A stretch of 64,000 nt of DNA from an uncultured Dehalococcoidia bacterium (GTDB lineage Bacteria; Chloroflexota; Dehalococcoidia; Lucifugimonadales; UBA3495), in contig CAZVRK010000008.1 of assembly GCA_964629875.1 (NCBI GenBank), positions 13,212 to 77,211 of the forward strand, written 5' to 3'. Under the pieces are notes generated by a model. That model was not told where the DNA came from. It was given only the letters and a program-made list of their open reading frames with translations, and did no database searches. The position numbers and the translations under genes were made by a program. Positions 18,926 to 28,372 of the stretch are shown here, piece after piece (within the stretch, counting starts at the first letter, position 1; every line of letters begins with the position of its first letter).

Positions 18926-20014
18926 TCACCTCCCATTAATCAAGCTTATAAATTTATCAAACAGATACTCGTTATCCTTTGGACCTGGAGCGGCTTCCGA
19001 ATGATACTGAATCGTAAATAAGGGTATATCCCGATGGACAAGCCCTTCAACTGTCCCGTCGTTTAAGTTTACATGAGATACATCTAAACCTGGAGGCAAT
19101 GAATCTCCATCTACCGCGTACCCATGGTTCTGTGCAGTTATATAGATTCGTCCTGTTTCCATATCTTTAACCGGATGGTTCCCGCCGCGATGGCCAAATT
19201 TTAACTTGTAAGTATTTGCTCCTAGCGCTCTAGCAATCAACTGATGACCCAGACATATTCCCATTACAGGAACTTTCCCCAAGACCTTCTTCACGTTTTC
19301 AACAATATAATCAAGGTGTCTTGGATCCCCGGGCCCAGGCGAAAATAAAATACCAGAAGGTTCCAGGGCTAACATATCATCGGCCGATGTGTTCGCGGGT
19401 ATTGCTATCACTTCACAGCCACGCTGCTCCAGAAGGCGAAGGACATTGTATTTCAGCCCTACATCATTCACCAAGATACGATAAGACGAGTTTGACGAGG
19501 TTTTAGTATCCGATTCCCATGTATAGTGCTCGGTAGTAGTTACAGTGCTGACCAGATCCAAATCGTCATATTGCGGGAGTGTAGCTAACCTAGTTAAAGA
19601 CACACCCGGGTCATCTGTAGAGATAATCCCCGACATCACTCCTTGGTTTCTTAGTCTTTTAGTAATCGCACGAGTGTCTACTCCAGATATACCTGGTATA
19701 CCATATTCGGCTAAATACTCGTGCAATGTGGTTCTGCTTAAACCATGACTAGGTTCATCGCAACACTCTCTCACTATCAAACCCGACACTTGTATAGTTC
19801 TAGATTCCACATCTTCAAGATTAATACCATAGTTACCTATAAGCGGATATGTCAGAGTTACTAGTTGACCAGAATATGATGGATCCGTTAATACCTCCTG
19901 ATAGCCGGTCATACTAGTATTGAATACCACTTCACCATGAGCACTACTCACAGCACCAAATGCTTCCCCCGTATGAACTGACCCGTCAGCCAACACTAAA
20001 TGTGTTACAGCCAC
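18926..20014 (-). CDS. carA: carbamoyl-phosphate synthase small (glutaminase) subunit
   Basis: N-terminal ...GEAFGA...GEVVFNTSMTGYQE..TDPSY.GQ and the triad block GICLGHQL...HGYAV. Confidence 0.95.
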   Translation of the reverse strand: MAVTHLVLADGSVHTGEAFGAVSSAHGEVVFNTSMTGYQEVLTDPSYSGQLVTLTYPLIGNYGINLEDVESRTIQVSGLIVRECCDEPSHGLSRTTLHEYLAEYGIPGISGVDTRAITKRLRNQGVMSGIISTDDPGVSLTRLATLPQYDDLDLVSTVTTTEHYTWESDTKTSSNSSYRILVNDVGLKYNVLRLLEQRGCEVIAIPANTSADDMLALEPSGILFSPGPGDPRHLDYIVENVKKVLGKVPVMGICLGHQLIARALGANTYKLKFGHRGGNHPVKDMETGRIYITAQNHGYAVDGDSLPPGLDVSHVNLNDGTVEGLVHRDIPLFTIQYHSEAAPGPKDNEYLFDKFISLINGR

Positions 20015-20018
20015 ACTC

Positions 20019-21383
20019 CTACTCCTTTATCCCTATACCTGAGTCTTGATAGACTACTCCGCCATCTACTATGGTCATTTGTACCTGCCCATGCAATGTC
20101 GCCCCATTTAAAGGAGTATTCCGTCCTTTAGAAACAAACATCTCGGAATCTACCGTCCATTCCTTATCAGGATCTAGCAATACTAAATCCGCGGTTGTAT
20201 TAGGTTCTAAACTTCTATAATTGTTGAATTGAGATCCCAGCACATGAGCCGGACCTGTAGTCAATCTATCAATTAAAGTAGATAACGTCAGGTGACCTGA
20301 ATGTACAAGCTGGCAAAGAGATCCTACTGCAGTCTCCAATACACTGATACCAAAAGACGCTTCCTCATACGTCACTTGTTTACTCGCAACATCGTGGGGA
20401 GCATGATCGGTAGCAATACAATCTATGACTCCTTCGTTAAGACCTGCTATCAAGGCTGTCACATCGTCCAATGTACGTAATGGTGGATACACCTTTGTCG
20501 AAGTGTCGTAACTATCGTCGACGGATGTAGTATGGAGACCATTAGACACGGACAAAACTCTTTCGTCGGTCATTAGCAGATGATGCGGACAAACCTCGGC
20601 AGTTATACTTAAACCTTTAAATTTTGCTTCACGCACTAACGATACTGACCCAGCTGTACTAAGATGCGCAACATGCAACTTACCCCCGGTTAATTCAGCT
20701 AGAGCAATGTCCCTTGCCACCATCGCTTCCTCTGCTGCAGCCGGTATTCCCGGTAGACCTAAGCGAGTAGCTACAGATCCTTCGGCCATCACACCGCCTT
20801 TTGATAAAGTGTGATCCTGACAATGATTACTAATAGGGAGTCCAAGATCTTTGCTATACGCTAAAGCCAATCGCATGATATTAGAATCCCATACTGGGTC
20901 TCCATCATCACTGAAGGCGACTACTCCTGCAGTGGCTAACTCTTCCATTTCAGCCAATTCCAGACCTTTCCGACCCTTTGTCACACATCCAATTGGGCAG
21001 ACACGGACCACCCCGTCTTCGGCAGTTTTGGTGCGTATATAATCAACCACTGCAACATTATCAATAGCAGGGTCCGTGTTGGGCATACTGCATAAAGTAG
21101 TGAATCCCCCTTTAGCGGCTGCTCTAGTACCAGTTGATATAGTCTCTTTATACTCGAATCCAGGTTCCCGCAGATGACAATGCAAATCAATAAAACCTGG
21201 ACAAACTATTAATCCACCGGCATCTACAACCATTAGGTCAGAAGAGGCTTCAATATCTATGTGATCTTCTCTAGCAACGATCATTCCATCATTGATAAGC
21301 AAATCACCGTTACGATCATATCCCGAATAGGGATCAATAATGTGACCGTTTGTTATCAAAATCCGTGGTTTACTGACCATCAT
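20019..21383 (-). CDS. pyrC: dihydroorotase
   Basis: GFIDLHCHLREPG (HxH metal site), ...VAHLST..., ...ATDHAPH... are amidohydrolase / dihydroorotase type I blocks. Confidence 0.95.
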   Translation of the reverse strand: MMVSKPRILITNGHIIDPYSGYDRNGDLLINDGMIVAREDHIDIEASSDLMVVDAGGLIVCPGFIDLHCHLREPGFEYKETISTGTRAAAKGGFTTLCSMPNTDPAIDNVAVVDYIRTKTAEDGVVRVCPIGCVTKGRKGLELAEMEELATAGVVAFSDDGDPVWDSNIMRLALAYSKDLGLPISNHCQDHTLSKGGVMAEGSVATRLGLPGIPAAAEEAMVARDIALAELTGGKLHVAHLSTAGSVSLVREAKFKGLSITAEVCPHHLLMTDERVLSVSNGLHTTSVDDSYDTSTKVYPPLRTLDDVTALIAGLNEGVIDCIATDHAPHDVASKQVTYEEASFGISVLETAVGSLCQLVHSGHLTLSTLIDRLTTGPAHVLGSQFNNYRSLEPNTTADLVLLDPDKEWTVDSEMFVSKGRNTPLNGATLHGQVQMTIVDGGVVYQDSGIGIKE

Positions 21384-22399
21384 GCATGCTCCTCTTCTAT
21401 CTGATGGCCGCCTACTGTTACTTGATACAACAAGGCCATTCTGAGTGCTACTCCATTGGTGACTTGTTCTTCTATCAGAGACATCTGCCCATGAGCTACA
21501 CCAGTACTGATCTCTATACCTTCATTCATTGGCCCGGGATGCATGACTAAGACTTGTTTACTAGCCTTAGTCAACCTGTCCTCGGTAACTTGCCAACGGC
21601 GTATGTATTCCCTCAAAGAAGGTAGATAACCGCCATTTTGCCGTTCATTTTGCAGGCGCAGTGCCATGACTACGTCTGCGCCATTAATAGCATCATCTAA
21701 ATCCGACTGAATGCTAACCTGAGGCAAGACGTGAGCGTTACCGTCATCATTATTCAATCCGTAAGGCATCAACGTATTTGGTCCGCTTAGAACGACTTCG
21801 GCACCCAGTTTGCTAAACGCCCAAATCGCTGAACGAGCTACTCGACTATGCAAAACATCGCCAACGATGACAATTTTTAATCCTCTTAAATATCCCAGTT
21901 TAGACCGAACCGTATAAGCATCTAGAAGGGCTTGCGTCGGATGGGCATGCAAGCCGTCTCCAGCGTTTATGATACTAACCTTCGGCAAGTGTTTAGCCAA
22001 CAAATTAGGAGCTCCGGAATATGGATGCCTAACAACAATTACATCCACTCCCATTGCCTGCAGGGTTAGCCCTGTGTTAAGAAGTGACTCTCCTTTATCA
22101 ACACTACTCCCGGAAGAACTCATGTTGATAACATCTGCGCTAAGTATCTTTCCTGCTTCCTCAAAAGATATACGAGTTCGTGTACTTGCTTCATAAAATA
22201 AAGTCACTATTACACGACCTCTTAGCGCAGGTACTTTTTTAATATCCCTACGCAACACCTCTGACATTGCATCAGTCTGATCTAAAATACTGATTATTTC
22301 ATCCTCAGATAAAACGTCGACATCCAAAAGGTGTTTTCTATTTGTGTTTGCAACGCTTGCATTTCTGGAAGCTAGCACATTGTTTTCAACATCAACCAT
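21380..22399 (-). CDS. pyrB: aspartate carbamoyltransferase catalytic subunit
   Basis: [13 protein letters not shown] (STRTR carbamoyl-phosphate motif), [15 protein letters not shown] 22399 overlaps the pyrR stop (ATGGTTGA); the track start at 22441 would overlap pyrR by 50 nt. Confidence 0.93.
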   Translation of the reverse strand: MVDVENNVLASRNASVANTNRKHLLDVDVLSEDEIISILDQTDAMSEVLRRDIKKVPALRGRVIVTLFYEASTRTRISFEEAGKILSADVINMSSSGSSVDKGESLLNTGLTLQAMGVDVIVVRHPYSGAPNLLAKHLPKVSIINAGDGLHAHPTQALLDAYTVRSKLGYLRGLKIVIVGDVLHSRVARSAIWAFSKLGAEVVLSGPNTLMPYGLNNDDGNAHVLPQVSIQSDLDDAINGADVVMALRLQNERQNGGYLPSLREYIRRWQVTEDRLTKASKQVLVMHPGPMNEGIEISTGVAHGQMSLIEEQVTNGVALRMALLYQVTVGGHQIEEEHA

Positions 22400-22946
22400 T
22401 GTAGTTATTAACGTCCCCAGACCTGACAATAACAACGTCATCAGTACCGTCAGTCTCTATCAATCTGACCTTCACTTGTTCTTCCAGGCTAGTCGGTATA
22501 TTTTTACCCACATAATCTGCTCTGAGAGGCAATTCACGGTGGCCTCTATCAACTAATACTGCTAACTGTATTTCCTTTGCTCTACCGAAGTCCTGAAGAC
22601 TATCCATAGATGCCCTTATACTCCTGCCAGTGAATAAAACATCATCTACTAGGACTACTTTCATCCCGCTAATATCTGATGTAAGAGTGGTAGGCTTGAT
22701 CGGTGGCGCTATTCTTAGTTTCACGTCATCCCGATACAAACTTATGTCGAGAGATTCCACAGGAACAATTGTCCCTTCAAATTTTTGTATATTTTCCGAC
22801 AACCGCTGAGCGATGGTAACACCTCGTGTGTACAGGCCAACCATTATGAGGCCATCTGTTCCTTTGTTCTTTTCTAATATCTCGTGAGAGATCCGGGCCA
22901 AGGCCCTCCTGACATCCTGATCATTCATTACTTTATGTTGATTCAT
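22392..22946 (-). CDS. pyrR: bifunctional pyrimidine operon attenuation regulator / uracil phosphoribosyltransferase PyrR
   Basis: [29 protein letters not shown]... is very close to Bacillus-type PyrR. PRPP motif [13 protein letters not shown]. Start set at ATG 22946 (the track begins at TTG 22952). Confidence 0.95.
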   Translation of the reverse strand: MNQHKVMNDQDVRRALARISHEILEKNKGTDGLIMVGLYTRGVTIAQRLSENIQKFEGTIVPVESLDISLYRDDVKLRIAPPIKPTTLTSDISGMKVVLVDDVLFTGRSIRASMDSLQDFGRAKEIQLAVLVDRGHRELPLRADYVGKNIPTSLEEQVKVRLIETDGTDDVVIVRSGDVNNYNG

Positions 22947-22964
22947 AACCAAATGCCCTCTGAC

Positions 22965-23000
22965 GTAAAAAGGCCTTGCACATAAACTGGCAAGGCCTTG
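22965..23000 (-). terminator. intrinsic terminator of the pyr leader (attenuator terminator)
   Basis: Minus strand reads AAGGCCTTGC-CAGTTTATGT-GCAAGGCCTT followed by TTTAC: a perfect 10-bp stem (22970-22979 / 22990-22999) plus a U-run, ending 20 nt before the pyrR ATG. Confidence 0.8.
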
Positions 23001-23049
23001 AACATGTCCAAATATTCTTCAAAGAATGCGAACATCTTGGTCTTAGTAC

Positions 23050-23080
23050 TTTGCCAGTCTCTCTGGACTGCCTTAAAAGC
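23050..23080 (-). promoter_or_regulatory. PyrR-binding hairpin (anti-antiterminator) of the pyr attenuator
   Basis: Minus strand reads CUUUUAAGGCAGUCCAGAGAGACUGGCAAAG. It contains the conserved PyrR box UUUAA...GUCCAGAGAG in a CAGUC/GACUG stem. Its 3' side ACTGGCAA (23051-23058) is complementary to TTGCCAGT in the terminator 5' arm (22986-22993), i.e. an antiterminator. Confidence 0.8.
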
Positions 23081-23140
23081 GTGGCGCCCCTATTTGCGCC
23101 GGACCTATCTATTAAATTGTTCGGCACATATTAACAGAAT

Positions 23141-23172
23141 AATGGGATATATGGAAGTTCATATATCCCATT
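23141..23172 (-). terminator. AT-rich perfect 12-bp hairpin immediately after the VWA gene stop (putative terminator)
   Basis: AATGGGATATAT-N8-ATATATCCCATT starts 4 nt after the TAG at 23178..23176. The U-tract is weak (ATTCTGTT). Confidence 0.4.
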
Positions 23173-23175
23173 ATT

Positions 23176-25206
23176 CTAAGCTGCTATCCTTTTACGACGG
23201 CTACTTATATAGTCAACTAAAACATATTGACCCAAACTATCTGAGCTACTATAAAATGCCCTTCCACGATTTATCCGAGTCAAATTATCTATAAAGTTCA
23301 CTAATTGATAATTGTTCTCCAACATGAAAGTATTGATAATAATACCTTCCTTAGTACATTCCCGAACTTGCTTTAGAGTTTCCAATTCAGTTCGGTAACT
23401 GGGAGGATAATTAAAGTAAGCTTGACCATTCTCTAGGTGAGCTGTAGGCTCTCCATCAGTTATTAATAGTATTTGACGTGTGCTACCCCTATGCTTTGAT
23501 AATAGTTTCCGGGCCAACATTAGACCATGATGTAGATTAGTTCCCGAATCCCACATGTTCCAACTCGAAGTTGGCAACTCCTTTTCAGAGATTTCCTGAG
23601 CGTATAAGGAAAACCCCACAATATCCATTGAGTCTCTGGGATACTGCATCTTGATCAGTTCCATTAGTGCAAGTGTAACCTTTTTTGCAGCTTGAAAATT
23701 ATTATACAATCCCATTGATCTACTTTGGTCTAACAAAACCACCGTAGACGCTCGAGTGCTATGCTCTTCTCTGTATATTTCAAAATCATCTGGAGATATC
23801 CTTACAGGTATATCAGTTCCCGATCGCAATATCCCATTTTTCAGGGTAGCCTGCATGTCTATCTGAAGAGGATCTCCAAATTCATAAGGTTTGGTATCTC
23901 CTAGTATTTCCCCTCCAGATCCCCTAATGTCTGTTTCATGGCCGCCTAGACGGTCTTTTTTCAGATTAACAAAAACTTCTTTAAGGGCCTTCTGTCCTAT
24001 TTTACGCATTCCTCTAGCTGTAAGTTGTAATTTCTCATCACCATCCAGATACCCGGCATCTTTTAACATCTGGATCATTCGCTCCATCTCTTGGAAAGAT
24101 GCCCGAGCATCCTCACCTAACAGGGCTTCTAATTCGTCTACGTCCACATCACTCAAGTCGCCGCTTCGGGAAGCTTCAAGAAGAGCATGCTCTAACTTAT
24201 CCAAATCCTGTAATTGTTCCATTAAGTCCATAGCCTGAGTCATGCTCAGAGTGTCATCTCCCAGAAACGGGTACTGCCTAGAAAGATCTGATGCCGGGGC
24301 AATTTGGCCCATAAGGCTCGCTATCTGAGCCATCATATCTTGCATTTCAGGATCAATCACAGCATTTAATGAATCCTCTAGCTCTCTTCTCGCATCCGGT
24401 GACATACTATCCAACATTGACTGCATTTGGCCAAATTGGCGAAATAACATTTCTAACAATTCTTCAAAAGTGTTTGGATAATCAGGGGCAAACATATCCC
24501 CAAATTTATCCATAAACTCTTCAAATCTTGGTTCAATACCCTGAGATTTATCACGAAGCATTTCAATGAGTGATCGAAGCATATCTTTCATTTCGTTGAT
24601 CTGTTCCGGTCCCATCCCGTTCATCTGATTCTTCATCTGACTCGACAGATTATTAGCCATCTGACTCTTTAATTGGTCCACCAATTCCTGAAATTCCTGA
24701 CGCGCTTGCGCGTCTACAAACTCGTATTCCATCAACATTTGCACCCTGCCACTGGGTGAACCAGGCAAATTATCAAGAAATTCTGAGTTCTGCCTTAATC
24801 GATTATCTTGCATATCTTTTAATGCAGAGATTTCCTCAGATGTGAGATTCCTAAGCTTAGAATCGTCGTGATATGAGTCCTCTGAACGTTCTTGAATAGT
24901 GGATCGTTCTGTTTCAATGATGTGATCCAACTTTTGTGCAAGATCGTCAATTATAGAATCTAAATTATTCTTCTGGAGTTCTTGACGGCGGCGGTTTTTG
25001 ACCTTTTCCAGGAGATCTTTAAGTCCTGAGATTCCTTCCTTCTCAGATGAGTTCACACCGTTGCGGAGCATGTCTCTAAGAGCCGAAGCAATATCACCTC
25101 GTTTCAAGAAATCTTCTGACAGACTATCCATCAAGGTCGACGCGTCAAACTCGAAGATACGCTGTGTTCCATCCCATTTAGCATATCTATAGTCTCGATA
25201 CAACAT
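23176..25206 (-). CDS. VWA-domain protein with a long acidic coiled-coil N-terminal region
   Basis: 676 aa. The C-terminal von Willebrand A domain has a MIDAS-like block VVLLDQSRSMG and LLITDGEPTA. The N-terminus MLYRDYRYAKWDGTQRIFEFD... resembles VWA partners of MoxR/CoxD-type AAA+ ATPases. Confidence 0.8.
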   Translation of the reverse strand: MLYRDYRYAKWDGTQRIFEFDASTLMDSLSEDFLKRGDIASALRDMLRNGVNSSEKEGISGLKDLLEKVKNRRRQELQKNNLDSIIDDLAQKLDHIIETERSTIQERSEDSYHDDSKLRNLTSEEISALKDMQDNRLRQNSEFLDNLPGSPSGRVQMLMEYEFVDAQARQEFQELVDQLKSQMANNLSSQMKNQMNGMGPEQINEMKDMLRSLIEMLRDKSQGIEPRFEEFMDKFGDMFAPDYPNTFEELLEMLFRQFGQMQSMLDSMSPDARRELEDSLNAVIDPEMQDMMAQIASLMGQIAPASDLSRQYPFLGDDTLSMTQAMDLMEQLQDLDKLEHALLEASRSGDLSDVDVDELEALLGEDARASFQEMERMIQMLKDAGYLDGDEKLQLTARGMRKIGQKALKEVFVNLKKDRLGGHETDIRGSGGEILGDTKPYEFGDPLQIDMQATLKNGILRSGTDIPVRISPDDFEIYREEHSTRASTVVLLDQSRSMGLYNNFQAAKKVTLALMELIKMQYPRDSMDIVGFSLYAQEISEKELPTSSWNMWDSGTNLHHGLMLARKLLSKHRGSTRQILLITDGEPTAHLENGQAYFNYPPSYRTELETLKQVRECTKEGIIINTFMLENNYQLVNFIDNLTRINRGRAFYSSSDSLGQYVLVDYISSRRKRIAA

Positions 25207-25321
25207 AGTCGTTCTATACTCCTAATAGATTCCCTCTATGTAGATGATAATGGTTATTAACCTATGCCTGCAATAAGTATTTCTGCAATGCATATAATAC
25301 ATAAAATCAAGCCAGAACTTG

Positions 25322-25350
25322 TTGACATCCACAGCATGTCTGCATAGACT
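25322..25350 (+). promoter_or_regulatory. putative sigma-70-type promoter
   Basis: TTGACA (25322-25327), 17-nt spacer, TAGACT (25345-25350); 33 nt upstream of ATG 25384. Confidence 0.5.
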
Positions 25351-25383
25351 CTGGAGAACCTTCGACCCCTTTTATACTTTATT

Positions 25384-26697
25384 ATGAGAATAAATTTACG
25401 ATATTGGATAGCACAGCAGAATAAGATAGCTTGGTCCGGATTCACATTAGGGCTGATAATCATATATATCTTCATTCTTAAATTCGTAGATCTGCCTGTG
25501 GACATGAGTGATTTTCCAGGAGTAAACCCGATAAGAACGTTGTTGGGAGCTATTGCTACTGGACTAATAACGGCTCAGGCGCTTATCTTCACGATTACAC
25601 TGGTCGCAGCTCAACTTAATGCCAGATACTCCCACAGTATGATTGCAAGCGTATTTACGTGGCCAACAGCACTACTAATGAGTCTCTATGTATTTAGCAG
25701 CATCTATTCCATGATTACCCTGGCAGTCCTAAGCACGAGACCCACTACGTTCACAATAAATTTACCTATTGGTTCACTAAGCGTGCATCCCGCATCGATT
25801 AGCATATGTTTAGCAGCCACATGCTTGATATTACTCATACCTTATCTTTGGTCTTTCAAAAGCATCCTAAATCCGGAATACATGGCCAGCCACGAATATC
25901 ACCAACAGCTAAACAAATTACTCAAAACCCGCGGTTTAGGTAACGAAGATACATCAGCCTTATCTGACATAACACTTAGCGCCTTCGGATACCGGGACTA
26001 CAAGACATTTGAATTCGCTTTTCAAAGATTAGCAGACCTAAGCTTAATGGCATGGCAACAATCCATAATCGGAACTGCTGAAACCATTCACAGGAATCTG
26101 GTTGAAATAACTATAAATAGTATCGACGATCCGAGATGCCCACGCGTTGCCTGCGAAGCACTAGGAGCGATGGGCAAGGAATTAATTACGCAATCGTCTG
26201 CAGAAGGCGCGAGACAAGTAATAATTGGATTATCAGAGGTAGGCGAAATCTCACTTGAGAAAGGCAATCTTTCACTCACTCGAGAACTATGCTCAATAAT
26301 AAGCAACATTGGGGAGACTGGCGCTAACAATAATCTAGGAGTACTTTGTGAAGAATCTGCCTATTCCTTGGGCCAAATAGGAGGAACGGCAGCGGTGAAT
26401 AATGCATCAGATCTAGTTAGACAGGTATCAGCTTGTATTCGTCGAGTCGGATACGCATCACATGTCAACAATCAGATGCTGGGGACGACACAGTCATTAA
26501 GTTCGCTTTGGAATATAGGTGCTTCTGTTCCCATTTTACTAGCAGATTCTATTAGAACTGTCAGTAGGGAACTAGAACTTCTTGAACAAACCACCAGCAT
26601 AGATCAATCAGACAAGGCCTATGAGTCCACGCCACGAAGTGATGGCCTAACGGCGTTTAGAAATTATTATATTGATAACATACGTGGATCGAGGTAA
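25384..26697 (+). CDS. membrane protein, DUF2254-like
   Basis: 437 aa. Four N-terminal hydrophobic spans, with LLGAIATGLITAQALIFTITLVAAQLNARYS resembling the DUF2254 signature, then a soluble helical C-terminal half. Confidence 0.55.
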   Translation: MRINLRYWIAQQNKIAWSGFTLGLIIIYIFILKFVDLPVDMSDFPGVNPIRTLLGAIATGLITAQALIFTITLVAAQLNARYSHSMIASVFTWPTALLMSLYVFSSIYSMITLAVLSTRPTTFTINLPIGSLSVHPASISICLAATCLILLIPYLWSFKSILNPEYMASHEYHQQLNKLLKTRGLGNEDTSALSDITLSAFGYRDYKTFEFAFQRLADLSLMAWQQSIIGTAETIHRNLVEITINSIDDPRCPRVACEALGAMGKELITQSSAEGARQVIIGLSEVGEISLEKGNLSLTRELCSIISNIGETGANNNLGVLCEESAYSLGQIGGTAAVNNASDLVRQVSACIRRVGYASHVNNQMLGTTQSLSSLWNIGASVPILLADSIRTVSRELELLEQTTSIDQSDKAYESTPRSDGLTAFRNYYIDNIRGSR

Positions 26698-26723
26698 ACA
26701 CCCCTGCATAAAGCTCCAAACAA

Positions 26724-27602
26724 TTATGCATCAGGATCATAATTCTCTGAGGCCTCTAACATGTCAGACAACCCAACCATATCAAATGCCTCAGTAACAG
26801 ATACCATATTTTCCACCAGATGCTCTGTAGACCCAAACTGCTTGAGTTCACTCATCACATTTGACACTACATTACAGACTGTTAATAAAGCACTAACAGG
26901 ATAGATTACTATTTTAAATCCTATATCTTCTAGTTCCGAAATGTTATATAACGGTGATTTTCCGGTCTCAACCAAGTTGTACAGCAAGGGTACTGGAAAC
27001 AGTTTTGTTATAGCTTCGGCCTCATTACGACTCCGTAGAGCTTCCACAAATAACACGTCAGCTCCTGCATCAATATACTGCCAACATCTATCTACGGTGT
27101 CATCCCAACTCGTCACAGCTAGCGCATCAGTCCTTACGATTAATGTGAAATCAGGATCATTCCTAGCGTCCACTGCAGCTTTTATTTTGGACACCATGTC
27201 AGATACACCTATGACCTGTTTGCCATCCAGATGACCGCATCGCTTAGGAAACTCTTGATCTTCTAAGTGTACCGCGGCTACTCCCGATCGCTCATAATCT
27301 CGGATCGTTCTTTGGACATTCAACACACCGCCATACCCAGTGTCCGCATCAGCTATTACTGGGATATCAACAGTAGAACATATGTCTCTAGCGCTAGAAA
27401 CCATTTCAGTCGCTGTCGTTAATGCAAGATCTGGGTATCCATATTTAGCTACAGAAGTACCCGCCCCTGTCATATAAACAGCAGGGAATCCTGTCTTTTC
27501 TATTATCTTCGCAGTAAGACAATCATATGCTCCTGGGGCAGCAATAATACCTGGTTTTCGTAATAAAGTTTTGAACTTATTTCTTTGACTCATATTATTC
27601 AC
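26724..27602 (-). CDS. isocitrate lyase / PEP mutase superfamily protein (methylisocitrate lyase or oxaloacetate decarboxylase-like)
   Basis: ...GAYDCLTAKIIEKTGFPAVYMTGAG...IPVIADADTGYGG...AAVHLEDQEFPKRCGHLDGK... are the superfamily active-site blocks. Confidence 0.85.
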   Translation of the reverse strand: MNNMSQRNKFKTLLRKPGIIAAPGAYDCLTAKIIEKTGFPAVYMTGAGTSVAKYGYPDLALTTATEMVSSARDICSTVDIPVIADADTGYGGVLNVQRTIRDYERSGVAAVHLEDQEFPKRCGHLDGKQVIGVSDMVSKIKAAVDARNDPDFTLIVRTDALAVTSWDDTVDRCWQYIDAGADVLFVEALRSRNEAEAITKLFPVPLLYNLVETGKSPLYNISELEDIGFKIVIYPVSALLTVCNVVSNVMSELKQFGSTEHLVENMVSVTEAFDMVGLSDMLEASENYDPDA

Positions 27603-27613
27603 ACAGCGTGGTA

Positions 27614-28372
27614 TTAGGCTATTAAGCCACCGTCTATTGTAAGAACTTGTCCAGTTATATATCCGGCATTGGGAGTACTTAGGAAAGCTACTAATTCAGC
27701 CACTTCGTCCCCTGATCCAAACCTACCCATTGGGATACGGTTTAAGATTGTGTCTTTGGCGTCATCTGACAATTGTTCAACCATGCCACCGTTATCTATA
27801 AAACCTGGAGCGACAGCATTCACAGTCACATTTCTTGAAGCAACTTCCCTAGCAACGGCTTTAGTAAATCCTATCAGGCCTGCTTTCGCCGCTGCGTAAT
27901 TGGCCTGGCCAGGGTTACCGCCAATGCCAACCACAGAAGAGATATTTATTATTCGACCATTTCTACGTTTAATTAATTGTGGCATTACATACTTCGTACA
28001 CAGGAAAGCGCTCTTAAGGTCAACATCTATAACATTCTCCCAATCCTCAAGACTCATACGCATTAACAATTTATCCCTGGTAATACCCGCATTATTAATT
28101 AATATGTCTATTTGACCCCAATGTTCATTTATTTGAGCAACTACATTCGAGGCCGCGGTTTCCGAGGAAACATCACCCTGGATAATGATCGCGTCGCCAC
28201 CAGCCTCAATAATCGACTGTGATACAGATTCAGCCTCATCTCGACTAGAATTGTAATTGACTCCGACCTTAGCGCCCATAGCTCCCAATTTCTTAGCTAT
28301 CGCAGATCCTATGCCACGAGAACCACCAGTCACTAAAGCTACTTGTTCAGATAGAATTTGCTGCACGAACAC
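27614..28372 (-). CDS. fabG: 3-oxoacyl-[ACP] reductase
   Basis: TGGSRGIG, NNAGITRD, GRIINISSVVG..GNPGQANYAAAKAG, PGFI. The FabG-specific blocks are intact, and it directly follows plsX with 0 nt gap. Confidence 0.88.
   Translation of the reverse strand: MFVQQILSEQVALVTGGSRGIGSAIAKKLGAMGAKVGVNYNSSRDEAESVSQSIIEAGGDAIIIQGDVSSETAASNVVAQINEHWGQIDILINNAGITRDKLLMRMSLEDWENVIDVDLKSAFLCTKYVMPQLIKRRNGRIINISSVVGIGGNPGQANYAAAKAGLIGFTKAVAREVASRNVTVNAVAPGFIDNGGMVEQLSDDAKDTILNRIPMGRFGSGDEVAELVAFLSTPNAGYITGQVLTIDGGLIA

Noticed and set aside
22998-23294. A 98-aa plus-strand ORF, and the 64-aa minus-strand ORF at 22933-23127, spanning the pyrR leader.
   Set aside because: They run through the PyrR-binding hairpin, the terminator and the 3' end of the VWA gene. 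There is no SD and the composition is not protein-like. The region is better explained as regulatory RNA.
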